A stretch of DNA of 64,000 nt from Phoronis australis (Eukaryota; Animalia; Phoronida), in contig NMRA01000035.1 of the NCBI GenBank assembly GCA_002633005.1, positions 1,083,059 through 1,147,058 of the forward strand, given 5' to 3'. Every line of letters starts with the position of its first letter. Within the stretch, counting starts at the first letter, position 1. Positions 1 through 12,651 of this stretch are shown here, piece after piece. Both the position numbers and the translations under genes were made by a program. A model generated the notes under the pieces. The model did no database searches and was not told where the DNA came from. It worked only from the letters and a program-made list of their open reading frames with translations.

Positions 1-1174
1 AGAGAAAGCAAACGACTGGCAAGTTTCCAATTTTGAAAATGTTGCAAATTTGAAGCAGAAATGTACATTAAATATTGCTTAAAATTCCTAAATGTAATTT
101 AATTGAACTAGTACTTGTCAGAGGAATCACTACGACATCTAGAAACATGCAGTCACGATCATGGCCATGTACACACTATTTGCAAGCCAAGTGAGTTGTC
201 TTCTATCGCGATTTTCTCTTGGGTGACACTGTTGGAAAGCCCAGGAAAGTATGTTTTATGACATTGAGTAAGATTTTCTAGAAATACCACAGAATGCACA
301 TGTAAGTGCAGAATAATGTGAATATGTGTTGAAAATGGATACACTGCCCCTAAGGTTGAGATGTGTATACAACTTGGAAAAGATGTTTTATTTTGTCATT
401 TGTTTATGTAGGGTCTTTATGAGGTCAACTTAATTATTAGGCACCATCTGTTAGTAAGAAGTTGTTTGTGAGTCCACATACAGGGAGTGTGGATTGGTGT
501 GTGTGGAAACTAGTACTGATAAAGCAATGCTGATGCACTCCCGATTTTATGAATGACTTTGAAACCACTATCTACACACTGTGATAAATTGTATAGGACT
601 AATTTCTGGAAGGATTGATGCCATTTCTCATTGGAGAGGGGTTGCATTTGATAGATGGCGGCAACTGGGAGAGTATTAGTGATGCGTTGTGTTGTACACT
701 TCTACCGACAGTGATTGGCCAGCGATATCCATATTCAAACCTAAGTCGGAATAAAGTCGGCCATGTTCCATCTGATCCACAAGTTCTATATATACTGTGC
801 GAACACTTGTCTTCACTGGCTGCTACTAGTCCTATGTAAAATCGTATACAAAACTCGCAAGTGTGTTGACCCTTCTTAAGATTGTGTATCTTGTGTAGTT
901 GATATCTATTGTTCTTTCGATCTACATTGTGTATTTATTCTGGTGTTGAAAATATAATTTCTATCTTTCTGAGGCACTGTTTGAGTAGTGTTCACCAGGT
1001 GGCGCACCATCTACTATGGTAAAACTAGTTTCAACTTCTTCTTTATAACATTACGGTGGTTTTCTATTGGCTTGAGGAATAGACAGTCACAACCGTCTCG
1101 ACTCATTAGCAGTATAGACGGTGCATGGCTGTCCCACAGGCTCTCCATACGCCGGAAGCTTTTCGGCGAATCGT

Positions 1175-1624
1175 GCCTCTCACTGATTAAACCATCTTTA
1201 AGTCGTGTTGTTATAAGTACCTTTTGCGCACACGGCAGAAGGTCACCTAGGGAGGCCGTTGATGTCTTTAATTCCTTCCAACTCGAACAAATACTCCCGT
1301 AATCAAACTTTTCCGAAGTCTTTCGGCCATGGCAGATGCCCCACTGAATAGGTAACTAGAGTACTTCTACGGAGTTGAAACGTATTGTTTTGTATGTGGC
1401 TAAATACACACACTTGTCGACGTCATATCCTCTGACGCAGTGTAAAAATGGCCAGTTGCTGACTTTTGGTCAACTGAAGGAAGGACTGTTCGAAAACTGT
1501 TTGATTATGGGAGTATTTTCTCCGAGCTGGAGAGTGTTGAGGACAGCAACGACCTCTTAAGGCGTCCTATGTACCCAGAGCATACTTAAAGCAACATGAC
1601 TTGATGGTTTAATCAGTGTGAGGC
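1175..1624. mobile_element. MITE-like element with long imperfect terminal inverted repeats
   Basis: Left end gcctctcactgattaaaccatc...aagtcgtgttg matches the reverse complement of the right end ...caacatgacttgatggtttaatcagtgtgaggc over tens of bp. No coding capacity. Confidence 0.6.
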
Positions 1625-2275
1625 TCCTGCGTATTCATGTCTTAATTTTAGGATTTTAGTGGAAAATTCCACATTTCGCTAATATTAATAATTTACATGA
1701 ATACTATATTTTTATTAGTCGTTTACATCAAACGTGATTTAGGATTTTTCTTTTACCACATTTTGTAATATTAAACTTCTTTGGCTTGATCACACATGTC
1801 AACCATTTTTGCTCTAACCATAAGCAAGTAAAAAAAAAACCACAGCAAACCATAGCACTGACGAAAACGAGTCAAAATATGGTAAAGTTTCAAAATGCAT
1901 TGCATATGTACCTACTTACCTATAAGAGGCTCTTACATCTACCGCTGTGAGTGCTTTTATACTCCTTGGTAACTTTTTTGTCCCTGTCGACCAAGGCTCA
2001 TAATATGAGATCTTTCGACAAAAGAGATTAATTACCGAAAATGCGTAGCATATTAGCGCTACGCCGTACAGCTCTACAGAATCGGCAGAAATACGTAGCA
2101 TGTAAGTAATTTCCGTATATGGTTGACATGTGCTTGAATGACGTCACAGTGCGACTGCGCGTGCTCTGTATTGTACCAATCTAAGTCCTAAGTGAACACT
2201 TTCCTTGTAACAAAATGCAAATTCCAGTAGTATGAGAGTTGCAAATTATTAAATTGTGGAATGCACTTAATACAA

Positions 2276-3950
2276 TTTTTATGCGCCCTCATATTCATAT
2301 GTGGGTACATATTGCCGTACGGACGTCATCTGTCTGGGCGTCCGGCGTCCGCGGTTGTATCACATAAATCCCCTGCAGGATCTTATTCCGTGAACAGATG
2401 TGTTCTTATGTGGCTGACGACAGATGACCAGTTTCGGACCGACCCGAATACCGCTGTGCCCCCTAGTGGTAATTTTAGTTTTTTACGTTTGCCTCTGTAT
2501 TTACGCAGTTCCTTGACGGATTTTCATGAAATACGGAGGCGATGATGCTATTTCATTTTCGGACGGGTTAAACGAATTTTACATCACCTCAGTGTTGTGG
2601 GCATTTTTGCGCTCGTTTTCTGGCGTCCGCCTCTCTATCTGCCATACCCCTCAAAGGATCGTTATAAAAAATTGCAGATCGTGTTGCTGATGAAAACAGA
2701 AGGCCACAACTGACGTTGACTTTCAAACGGGTCCGACTACGGTGTTGCCCCCCCCCCATGACGATTTTGTTTTTTGCGTCTGCGGCCGAATCTCCTTAAC
2801 CCTTTGAAGAAGCTTTGTGAAATTTGAAAGATGTATTCTTATGGTAACAGTAACGAGTGTAGAACTAATCTAAATACCACTGTGCCCCTGATTTTTTTAC
2901 GTTTACCTCTTTATCTCCAGAGTTCATGAACTAATCCAGATACCACTGTGCCCCCTAATAACATCTCATTATGATTCTTTAAGTGGTATGGCAGATAAAG
3001 AAGTGGACGCCATAAAACGGACTGAAAAATAACACTGAAAATGGCCACCGCCGGGGTGGCGTAGTAAACAACATGAGAAGGCGTTGTCGTCTCCTAAATA
3101 GAAACTTATTTGCCTAATTTCATGAAAATACATTACTGAAATCCGAAGATACATAGGCAAACGTAAAAAACATTTTTTATAGACGTGTTCCTATGAGAAG
3201 GCCACTTCTGAAGTTGACTTTTGGATGGGTCCGATTACAATGTCTCCACCTAGTGATGGTTTTGTGTGTTATGCGTCTGAGGCAAATGAAGAAGTTTTGT
3301 GAAATTCGAAAGATGTGTTCCTATGGAGCCGACGACAAACGGTAACAAATGTAGAACTAAGCCAAATAGCACTATTCCCCTTGTAGCAAAATGTCTTTTA
3401 CGTTTACCTCTTTATTTCGGAGATCATGAATGTATTTCCATGAAATTCGGCAAATAGATTTGTATTAAAGAGACGACGACGCCTTCCCATTTTCGGACAG
3501 ATTTAATGTTTTCTGCGACACCTGGTGGCCATTTAAAATTTTCCGGGTGTGTTTTTGACGCCTGTCTCTCTATCTGCCAAATCACTCAAAGGACGGTTAC
3601 GAAAATTGACGGTTGTGTTCTGGATACAAAGACCCGGGCTGATGTTGATTTTTGGATGCTTTTGCTTTTTTGCATCTACGGCTGTATCTCCTTAAGCCTT
3701 TGAAGTAACTTTGCGGAATTTGCAGATGGGCTTCGATAGAGATGGCAACAGGTGACGATGAGTCTCAGATCAATCGTACTATAGCTGTGCACCCTAGTGT
3801 CAATTGTTTTTAAGTTTACCTCTATATCTTCAGAATTCCTTGGCTTATTTCCATGATATTTGGTAAATAATTGCGTTTTACGGAGATGACGCCATCTTCT
3901 CAATTCCAATGGGTTTGAAGCATTCTGCGCCATCTAATGGCTACTTATAT
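2276..3950 (+). mobile_element. Helentron-associated (HINE/DINE-1-like) non-autonomous element with degenerate internal repeats
   Basis: Begins TTTTTATGCGCCC, then a short hairpin and a degenerate GTCC/GTCT tract. Motifs recur (ttttacgtttacctct, atttccatgaaatt, gaaatttg/cgaaagatg). One unit is inverted at about 2965-3175. Confidence 0.5.
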
Positions 3951-5914
3951 AATGCTAAAACACCTATAGAAGCACACAGTTTGTGGTGCTATCGTTTCTA
4001 ATCCTTCGTATGAAACTGAATGTTCGATTTTTATCTGCAAGCGACAATGTGATTGAATTGTCTTGTACAGCGTCCAGCTCGCAGAATTCAATACCATCAT
4101 TTAAACATAACTATTGAAACTTTACTCGGGTAGTTTTACTGGAAATTGGAAACTACAATTTTTTTTATCTGTAAATACACTAGTCCGCAATTGTCATATC
4201 TGGAAAAACAAAGTATGCCTTTTGGTTTACGCTTAGGAACAGAGACAATGTAATGCATTGATTTTTATAACGAAACAAAGTGGATTTTTGTGTTTGTTGA
4301 CGGAAATTGCCGTTAAGTTAGTTTTTGAATATTCATTCCAGCGGTTAACATTTGAGGGAAAAGTAATTGTCTTTCGCTATAGTTTAACTGGAATTAGTGG
4401 GAAGAGAGCATTGAACATAATGTTCGTGATTTTCTTTGTACATATTTACGAGACCGTAGAAATGCTAGAATTTCGATAATATGAGAATTACGTAGCTCGT
4501 TTTTCAAAACTTATCTGAAAGCAACCTGCTGTTTGAAACACTTTGTGTTAATAAGTGTATGTTACTCGGTAAGATAAAATGAATTTAGTAAAGCAAAAAT
4601 CTTGTATGTGAATGTGAAGAAAAATCGCACTGAAATTAAAAGAACGTGATTGATGTTAAATATTTTGGCAATTTATGTTTTGAAGCAAAGGAAAGACTGT
4701 GGATTGAACAATTCATAGCTCTGAACGTACCCCTTTTTCTTTTTTTTAGTGAAAGGTTCACATTCCCAAAAATTCCAGTCACCCTATTTTTAGGCTGGGT
4801 GCAAGCATGCTACATTGAGATTTGTTAGCACAGTTGCATTCAGGAATTTTAACATTAGAGGTGGAATTAGGAAGATTTTCGGGAACTCCATGGACATGTA
4901 AAGCATGTAACCAAAATTTAATTGGAAACAAAATGCGTTTTATTTTCGTTTGCACCAGATATAATAGATTAAGAACGGAGTTTCCAAATTAATTATCCGG
5001 AAGCTCTTGCGAGGTTTGATTTGAGCACTAGATTGTTGCAGTAATTGCCTGTAATTACTATCGTGTGTAATCGTTAGGGTGTTAATTAGTATCCAGGTGA
5101 CTGATAAGCCTAAGAACCTGGGGATGTGTAGCATGCAGAGCTTGCTTGTTTTTGTATTGTATTCTGCGATGCATCCATGTCGCTATAATAAAGAGTAAAC
5201 ATAATAAGTCCACGGAAACACAAATACATGACATTCATAAATAGTCTCAGTAGCAGATCACGGAGTGATGTCATTCTCTGCTTAAGAGCTTAATAATCAT
5301 GTCAGCGACAGAAGCACACGTATCTGTACATTAACATTTTCAACCAACGTTTGTGAAAAGAAACAATGACTAGAAATATCGCGCATGTGCAAGAACTCGT
5401 CAAATTAGCGATCGCTAAATAGAATAAGCTCAATATTCATGAACACGTTGGTACGTACGTGTATAGTCAAGCGTGCGATATTCATATGTGGAGGATAAAG
5501 ACAAAACATAATTGTTCCTGGATACAAGTTTTAAAAACAGGCTCTTCGTACCTTTTTCTTCGAAATCTTGAAAGGAATGATGGTTTATAATGAGAAATTT
5601 TGGGCGGCTCTTTTGCTTTACGGTGTGCCCTTTTTGAAAGGTGAGTAAACCCGGTGCAAGTTCGTCCCGAAATTTTCGCGACCACACGCATGCGCTGCAA
5701 TTTTCCCGTGAGGTTGTAGGATTGCTACCAGCATAATGAATTTACAAAGATTTTTGAAATGCTCTGTTGGTTTTGGGATAGGGGCTATCGTTTTTCGATG
5801 CGCACGTATATTGTGGTTCCACGTTACTTCTCGTGTCAATATTTTTGTGTAAAACGTGAAAACGTAAGGTAACCATTAGTTCGTTTCGTGTCATCATCTT
5901 CTCACAGGGGGTGG

Positions 5915-6420
5915 TGAGTGTCCAAATTCGGCCAACTCCTGAAGACTATGTCTCAGACATGGAACATCTGATTCATAGAAACTTTCAGATATTATACTTG
6001 ATGTTCTGTTCTCCAAAACAAATTGTTTCTTAAATGTTCCACTTTAGTAAGAGAAGCCATCAAAAGATGGGATTTTCATGATCTTCATGAAAAATCAAAA
6101 GTTGCATAAAACGAAAACAAAAGTATTTTCTATATAACTGTCACAGAGTTTTTTTGATCTCACCTTGACCATTTATATCAAACGAAATTTGATCGTGTTA
6201 TTGACCGTTGTTTTGCAAACAGTGTACTTTCCGTTTTTGCTAAATTTCACTAAAATGAAATGGTCACATTATGGCAGATTGATAAAAAATAATCAATCCA
6301 CTTCTACCGGCTTTCTTCTTTCAAAAAATATGCTTTTCTACAGAGCTAAAATCTATAATTTGGCGGATATTTGAGTAAATGCGCAGACCTGTCGATAAGA
6401 GTGTACATAACCTGAAGGAG
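5915..6420 (+). repeat. Dispersed repeat family, copy A (also about 17245-17720 and 28630-28695)
   Basis: Shared blocks such as gtccaaatt..gccaact, gaaactttcag and attttcatgat..tcatgaaaaatcaaaagttgcataa. Confidence 0.55.
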
Positions 6421-9400
6421 GACATTTGTGTTCTCTTGTGGTTCGTGTTTTTCCGATTTCAGGCTTCTGTTGCACGTGGACAGGAAACCAATCACTGGCA
6501 CTCTGTGTAGACTATACATATATATACCGTGTGTTATATTTGCATGAGTTTGCCTCGAGTGTCCAAAAGTTTTAACCGCCATCATATTCCTTTACTATGA
6601 ATGGCGTGCTTCAATCATAATGAACGTTGTTGGCTCACGAGGAATATGCAAATACTGGTGCCCGAGGCCCCCCTTTTAGGCCAAACCTGTAAACGCAAAC
6701 TGCCTCTGTTAAAAAAATGTTGATGTTGCGTTGAGTTTTTTTGTTAATATAGCGTTAAATTTCTCAATTAGTTCATGTGAAATAACAGGTGAACTGAAGA
6801 ATAGAGTCTGACATTAATTGTGACTTCATTTAAACAGTTTATTTGAATTTGTTAAAGCATAAACACACCGTCTTATTGTTCCCACCCACTAAACCTATTT
6901 CACGTGCTCACGTGACAATGCGTGAGATAGAATGGCTCAAAAACTAAACCGGTGACACCTATTTTTTCTTATTTTATAGAAAACACGAGTGACACAAAAG
7001 CGAAACGATGACAGTATATATTTCTAGTGAGCCAAAAATTAAAATCCGAGGCACTCAAAATACAGAAGAAAACGCTTACTTACGCGGGTGTAAGATAATC
7101 AGCATACCAGGAAAGATATCTTTTAACATGAAAATTGAAATACCCTTAACTGCTTGGTGTTATTGCCAACCCAGGCAAAATCTCCACGCTTCCACAACAC
7201 CACACAATGTTATTCTGTCTCAGTTTCACTTATCGTCAATCTAGAGTGCCCAGACATTGTCTGTCGATCATCGAAAACGAAGTTTGAGAGCCGGTGAACG
7301 TCTGATTTGTCCTAATTACATGGCTTTATCGATAACGAGCTCTGGCGAGACAAAAGAGAAAACGTTAAAACTACTGTAAAAAGCGCCCTCCGTCAAAAAG
7401 CTAACTTTTGATTTTAGCCCCTTATAAATCTGTCCCTCCTTGAAGCTAAGAGGATTCTTTGAAGTGAAAATAACTTTCAGTTCGTTATTGCTTGGGATCA
7501 GGCTCGATAAGTTGGCTTGGTGTAGCGGGTCATTTTATGTCCCAACCATGATTGGTCTTTAAGAACTGTTCCCAGTTCTTCCTTAGCTTCTAACGAGAGT
7601 AATTAATAAATTGAAGCCTATAGTAGCCAAAAGATGGTTCCTTTAAGATGTCCAAAGTCGGGTTTTTAATCTTTTCAATTGGTCACGACACGACTCCCTA
7701 TTTCACTGCATTCTTTGAGGTACTAGATCACTCATGAAAAAAGCGCTCCAAGTAAAGTTGTTCCTTTGTATTGCTCAGGCAGAAAAACAAAAATCAACAC
7801 AGGAACAGTGGTTGCATTTAATTATTTCTCTTTTCTTCTACTGTAGTTTACCAATTTTTACCTACGCATTTAGTTTCTGTAGCCGCAATGTCTAAAGGGA
7901 ACGGGAAAGAATGTTGCCATGAACAGGCAACGGTTGTGGCCGACACCCACTTGAATCCGCAACCAAAAGAAGTTAATCATGGAAATCCAAGGGATATACA
8001 TGTAGTAAATGTCTGTTCCAATCGGTAAGAAACATTCATAGTTGGGAAATCAGGTGTGGCGCCTAATGTTAAATGGTTAGTTGATTGACAAGCTACAGAA
8101 CGGAACTGGCATTTTCGAAATTTCACCCAAATTTTCCAGAGGGTACCGGTAAACAAGTAGACAAGTGAAGAAATTAGGTGTGGCAATATCGCATGGTAAA
8201 GCGTGTTTCCGTTTCAGTACCTCAAATTACATTTGTATCCCATGGATTACTTTTCCTGACTCGAGAAAATGTGAGGAAAAATGAAGCTACGAAGAGTTGT
8301 CTGGTCAAGTTTCAATTAAAGTTTCATAATTTTGAACACTGGAAATAAAAATGAACGAATTGGGTGTCAGACGATTTGATGGATCTAGCCGTGCCTTGTT
8401 GAATTATAAGATGGTCACAGCGTGTACCGGTAACAGTATCCGCACAGAGGCGTCTCTTCCCATGAATAATTCAGAAGCATTTGCTTCGTTCTTTAATTCC
8501 ATGATGCTAAGTGAACAAATATACAGCAATTAATTATGGAACTAGGCTGAAATACGATCGGCTTTGATGTCGCTTTTGAAAACTTTAATAACAGTGCATT
8601 AACTCGAGGCCTTGTAACCAGGCAACATACTTATGTTATTAACTGTTTCAGTATAACGGAACCATTGCTTCGACAAGATTCATGCCTGCCAAGATAATTA
8701 CAAACGACTGCTGGTATACTGTTTATTTTCGTCTGATGACACTCGGTGGGAGCGACGTCGTTCCGAGTATTCAAACAATTTAGTTCTGTGTGTACAAACA
8801 AAGAAAGACGCAGTCATAACCGCAGGAAAAATAAGAAAAACTGAGGGTTTTCTAATAAGAACAGACATAGTTATCAAAAGTATTTTTTAATCATTGAATT
8901 AATTTCTCACATAATGTAATCATAGGCAACAACGACGACCATAGCGTTAATAATGGTTGTCGTATACGCGCGTACTGAGGCCCATAAGCCTATGATTGTC
9001 ATATAGATGCATCACAGAATGCAATACAAAAACAAATTGGCTTTTTATGCCATACATCCCCAGCCTCTTGGGCTTATAAGTCACATGATACAAATTAACA
9101 CGTAAGTGGTTATATACAATACATTGTGCTCTTGCGGCAATTTAGAGCTCTAATCAAAAACTTCGCTAGAGCTTCCTATATGTGAAGCTGTTTCTATATC
9201 AAGAATTAGGCGCATACGCCAATATATCAAAAACATAAATAAAATCGAGAATAAAATGTCAAAAAATATTAAGACAGTGAAAAACTGGGAGACGTTGGAG
9301 TGAATTCAATTTTTTAATTGAATATACTTTTCAAACAAAAATTAATTGTTAAAACAGTTAATTTTTGTTTTGAAAAGTATAAAAAGTGGATAAAAACACA

Positions 9401-10256
9401 CGAATATTCTCTAATTCAAAGCATGCACACATGAAATATAATTGAATATGAAGCGCATGCGCCTACATGTGAAAACGCTTTTACAGAATCTCTTACAAAT
9501 CATTACGAACATAAGAGCATGGGCCTAAATACGCGCATGAAGCTAACGATATTTGAAATATTCTGAAGCAGTGGCAATGTAGATGACAGTATGAAAAATA
9601 CTTGCTAGAAATTTTAATTGAATTACCGTAGACATTGGATGATCATACACGTCAATACAACTTAGACAGGTTTACTACAAACACGTAGCAATACTACGTC
9701 ATTGAGACAGGTATAATTTCGCTAACCTTAGAAAGAAATCAAACACAAACGTTACTGCTTTTCGATAACAATGCTTGGAGATTTTAGTCGGAGTCTTAAG
9801 TGTGTTTTAAATAAGAAATAAAAGCAGCAACACATGCTAACTATTAGAAACGAATCTGCGAATCTCTGTAGTAGTAAGTAGCCAAATAACCTAAACTAAT
9901 TGATGCTTAACTTAAAATTGAGTTGAAATTTCTTCATCATCAAGATTAATTGCGCGTGCGGCGAATATTATTGAGAAAAGCAAATGTTTTCCTTACGTTC
10001 GTCATCACTGGACAGCAGAAGCAACAGTATTTGCTACTATTTCGCGGCGGATTGGGTTAACTTCCTTTGGTCCACCAATCATATACCAGTAATTGGGGTA
10101 GAATTTCAAATTAATTCTTGACAAATACAATTTGACATGAGGACTTTAATATCTAGCCGTCAGAAAACAGATAGCACTTGCTTCTTCCAATCCAACTGAA
10201 GAATTTAGTTCGTGTAGCCCCGTGAACTGGTGTCAGGAACATGGACGTTTCAAGTC

Positions 10257-11462
10257 TTAAACGCTGGATAACGGTCTTCCGCCAGACTTATAAACGTTTG
10301 GATGGTACTGTTTAAAATATTCCCACAGCTCAACAACGATTTCGCTAATAATTATCTCGTTTGTATTTTTACCAATTATTCTCAAAACCAAAACACCGTC
10401 TTGCTGTAGATATCGATCAGCAAAAGCCTTGTATATCCGACTGTCGGCGCTAGTGATTTTATCGGCCAATTTGAGGTGTTTTTTGACGTATCGTTGCCTA
10501 GTTCGACGAAAAAGAGTCATCACCCACGGAACCAATCCGTAGACAGTAAGAATGGACACGGCAACTAGCCAAAACCATAGGCATATGAAAATCTTCTCGT
10601 TAAATAAATTAATCGGTAAAGCACACTGTACAGTATAGAGGTGTGTGTTTTCGCGTCCGCCCATCCGTCGGATGCCAAAGTCGCAAAGAGTGATTCGCGG
10701 AAATCTACGAGACTCCCCCCAGTCTTCACCGTTGATCAATTTCGCCATTACTTCAATACCGTACGCAGTGTAGTCGGTTCGCAAGAAAACATTCAAAAGA
10801 AATAGTTGAAGAATCAGGTTAACAAGGTAAATAATCTTAATAAACAAGTAAACAGCGACGATTTGATTGCCATAACGTTTGCTACAAAATAAGCAGAATT
10901 TACTGGCTAAAAACGTTCTGAATCGGGCGCAGCGTCCTCTTCTGTATTCAAACTGTCTTGTAAAATATCTATCCATGTGCCTCACCACGTAACGCACAGT
11001 CTGAGTCCGGAGATCTGGATTCATATGCTCAGTGCTTTTCATACTAGTCACAATGCCATTGATGTCGAGTCCTATCCGACTGGTGAAAATTCTCCACAGA
11101 ACGTGGGGCATGTAGAAAATGGCAGCCATTGACATCAAAATAAACGGAACCCATTGGTAATAGCTAAGTTCTCTTTTCCGCCTCTCTGGCAATTCAAGTG
11201 GGATGTTCTCCTCCTGAGGCACGTGGTAAGTGTTTGAAATCCAACACACATTGTTCATGTACCTCTCGTGGTTACTGCCACATTGATCGATACACCAACA
11301 AGAGATGGGATCGCCGACATATTGCTTGGTGCTTACGATGAGAGTAGATAGGAACAAAACACCGAGTGTGTAGCGATGACTGAGGCGATCAAAAAAGTCG
11401 TCGTCGTAGTGTAGTGACGAAAGTTTGGCAACTTCGCCAATGACGTCCAGAAAATTTGTCAT
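10257..11462 (-). CDS. inx: Innexin (gap-junction/pannexin superfamily), copy 1, single coding exon, about 401 aa from MTNFLD
   Basis: Hallmarks: DDDFFDRL, KQYVGDPISCW, NNVCW, YYQWVPF, FPRITLCDF, QCALPINLFNEKIF-LWFW, four hydrophobic segments. The ORF is open to 11543, but a good acceptor (ttctcatttcag) sits 1 nt before the ATG at 11462. Confidence 0.95.
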   Translation of the reverse strand: MTNFLDVIGEVAKLSSLHYDDDFFDRLSHRYTLGVLFLSTLIVSTKQYVGDPISCWCIDQCGSNHERYMNNVCWISNTYHVPQEENIPLELPERRKRELSYYQWVPFILMSMAAIFYMPHVLWRIFTSRIGLDINGIVTSMKSTEHMNPDLRTQTVRYVVRHMDRYFTRQFEYRRGRCARFRTFLASKFCLFCSKRYGNQIVAVYLFIKIIYLVNLILQLFLLNVFLRTDYTAYGIEVMAKLINGEDWGESRRFPRITLCDFGIRRMGGRENTHLYTVQCALPINLFNEKIFICLWFWLVAVSILTVYGLVPWVMTLFRRTRQRYVKKHLKLADKITSADSRIYKAFADRYLQQDGVLVLRIIGKNTNEIIISEIVVELWEYFKQYHPNVYKSGGRPLSSV

Positions 11463-12651
11463 TCTGAAATGAGAACGCGTCATTGTTGAACAAAAATCTA
11501 TGTTATTTCCCACTGTCCAGTGGCTGCAATACTCATCGGACACTGACCAGACGTCTTGACCGATCTCTCGGAAAACATGTTTTTCTTTAACGAGAAACTA
11601 CCAACGCTGTCAGTTGAGATAACCGATGGAATCATTAGGAGTGGCCCGTGTGAAAACAAAACGGACAAACGACGCTTGTAAAAACACACGCAAAATAACT
11701 CACCGAGACTGGGCGTTTATTGTGCGTACATAAAATGAGGAAAATTTCGTTAAAAGTTTAAACTCAAAAGCTACACGAGGCACTTAAATCTACTTACTCT
11801 CAGTCGAAGGACGTTTTTCGAAATGCTCGAATTCGTCCATCTAAGTGAAGGCTTGTTTCAGTGATAACGAGTTTTTGATAATTAACGTCATTTTGCGAAC
11901 ATATAAATAGACGATGCGCCTGGCAATGTTATTCCATGAGTCATCTAACTCTCAAAATATTTACGCAATCTACTCACCAAGCAATGATGAGTTCCATCTA
12001 TTGTGTCTAAGATAACCAAATTTGGAATAAATGACGTAACGATTCATTAGAAAACTTACTGCAACTGCCATAAAAAATTAGACGGACTGAACGCTGGATA
12101 GTAATAAAACTGTCAGTTTACTGTGGTCTGGTCTAACAACAAGTCGAACATCAGAGTGGATTTAATTTGTAACTAGACTGACTCTATTGACATTTTAATC
12201 ATTTTCGTCCAAATATTTTTTTTAATATCGCAAAAATATCCTACGCCTAAAAACAGACTTGATAATTTGTCATTTCTCAGTGGAAGTATCTTTCCTTATC
12301 ACCGACAAAGCCCTTTTTTCTGCTCACGGATAACGTTTATTTCTGATAGATGGTTATTTTTTGAGAACCATTACTGTATCCGATTCTCAAATGTTTAAAC
12401 TGAAGCTATTTGTTTCCAGGTTTAATGTTATCTGAACCCATTACAACGTGACGCCAGATGGTTAAATGTTTTACTGATAATTTTTCGTCGTTTCAACACT
12501 TAAAGTTTTAGCCATGTGTTTTTGCTAATCCAGAAATACGTAAGTATGAGTTTGGTCCAGTATCGTTTCATTTGCTGACTCTTACACGGTTAACAACACC
12601 CCACTCGCAAACTGTAAGCCGTTAAGCTCCGTTTTATTACTTATTTTTCAG

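Noticed and set aside
120-260. Possible plus-strand terminal exon (EESLRHLETCSHDHGHVHTICKPSEL...)
   Set aside because: Short, no recognisable family, and its upstream context lies outside the window.
600-930. Possible GIY-YIG fragment on the minus strand (CEFCIRFYIG)
   Set aside because: Only a short motif resemblance. Downstream conserved residues are not recoverable without several frameshifts.
8730-8780. Hammerhead-ribozyme-like CTGATGA plus stem (also about 34642)
   Set aside because: The required GAAA after stem II is missing, and the stem is broken in copy 2.
11463-11543. 27-aa N-terminal extension of the innexins (MSDEYCSHW...)
   Set aside because: A strong acceptor lies immediately before the MTNFLD ATG, and that Met gives a typical innexin N-terminal length. 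The extension is probably intronic, though not excluded.
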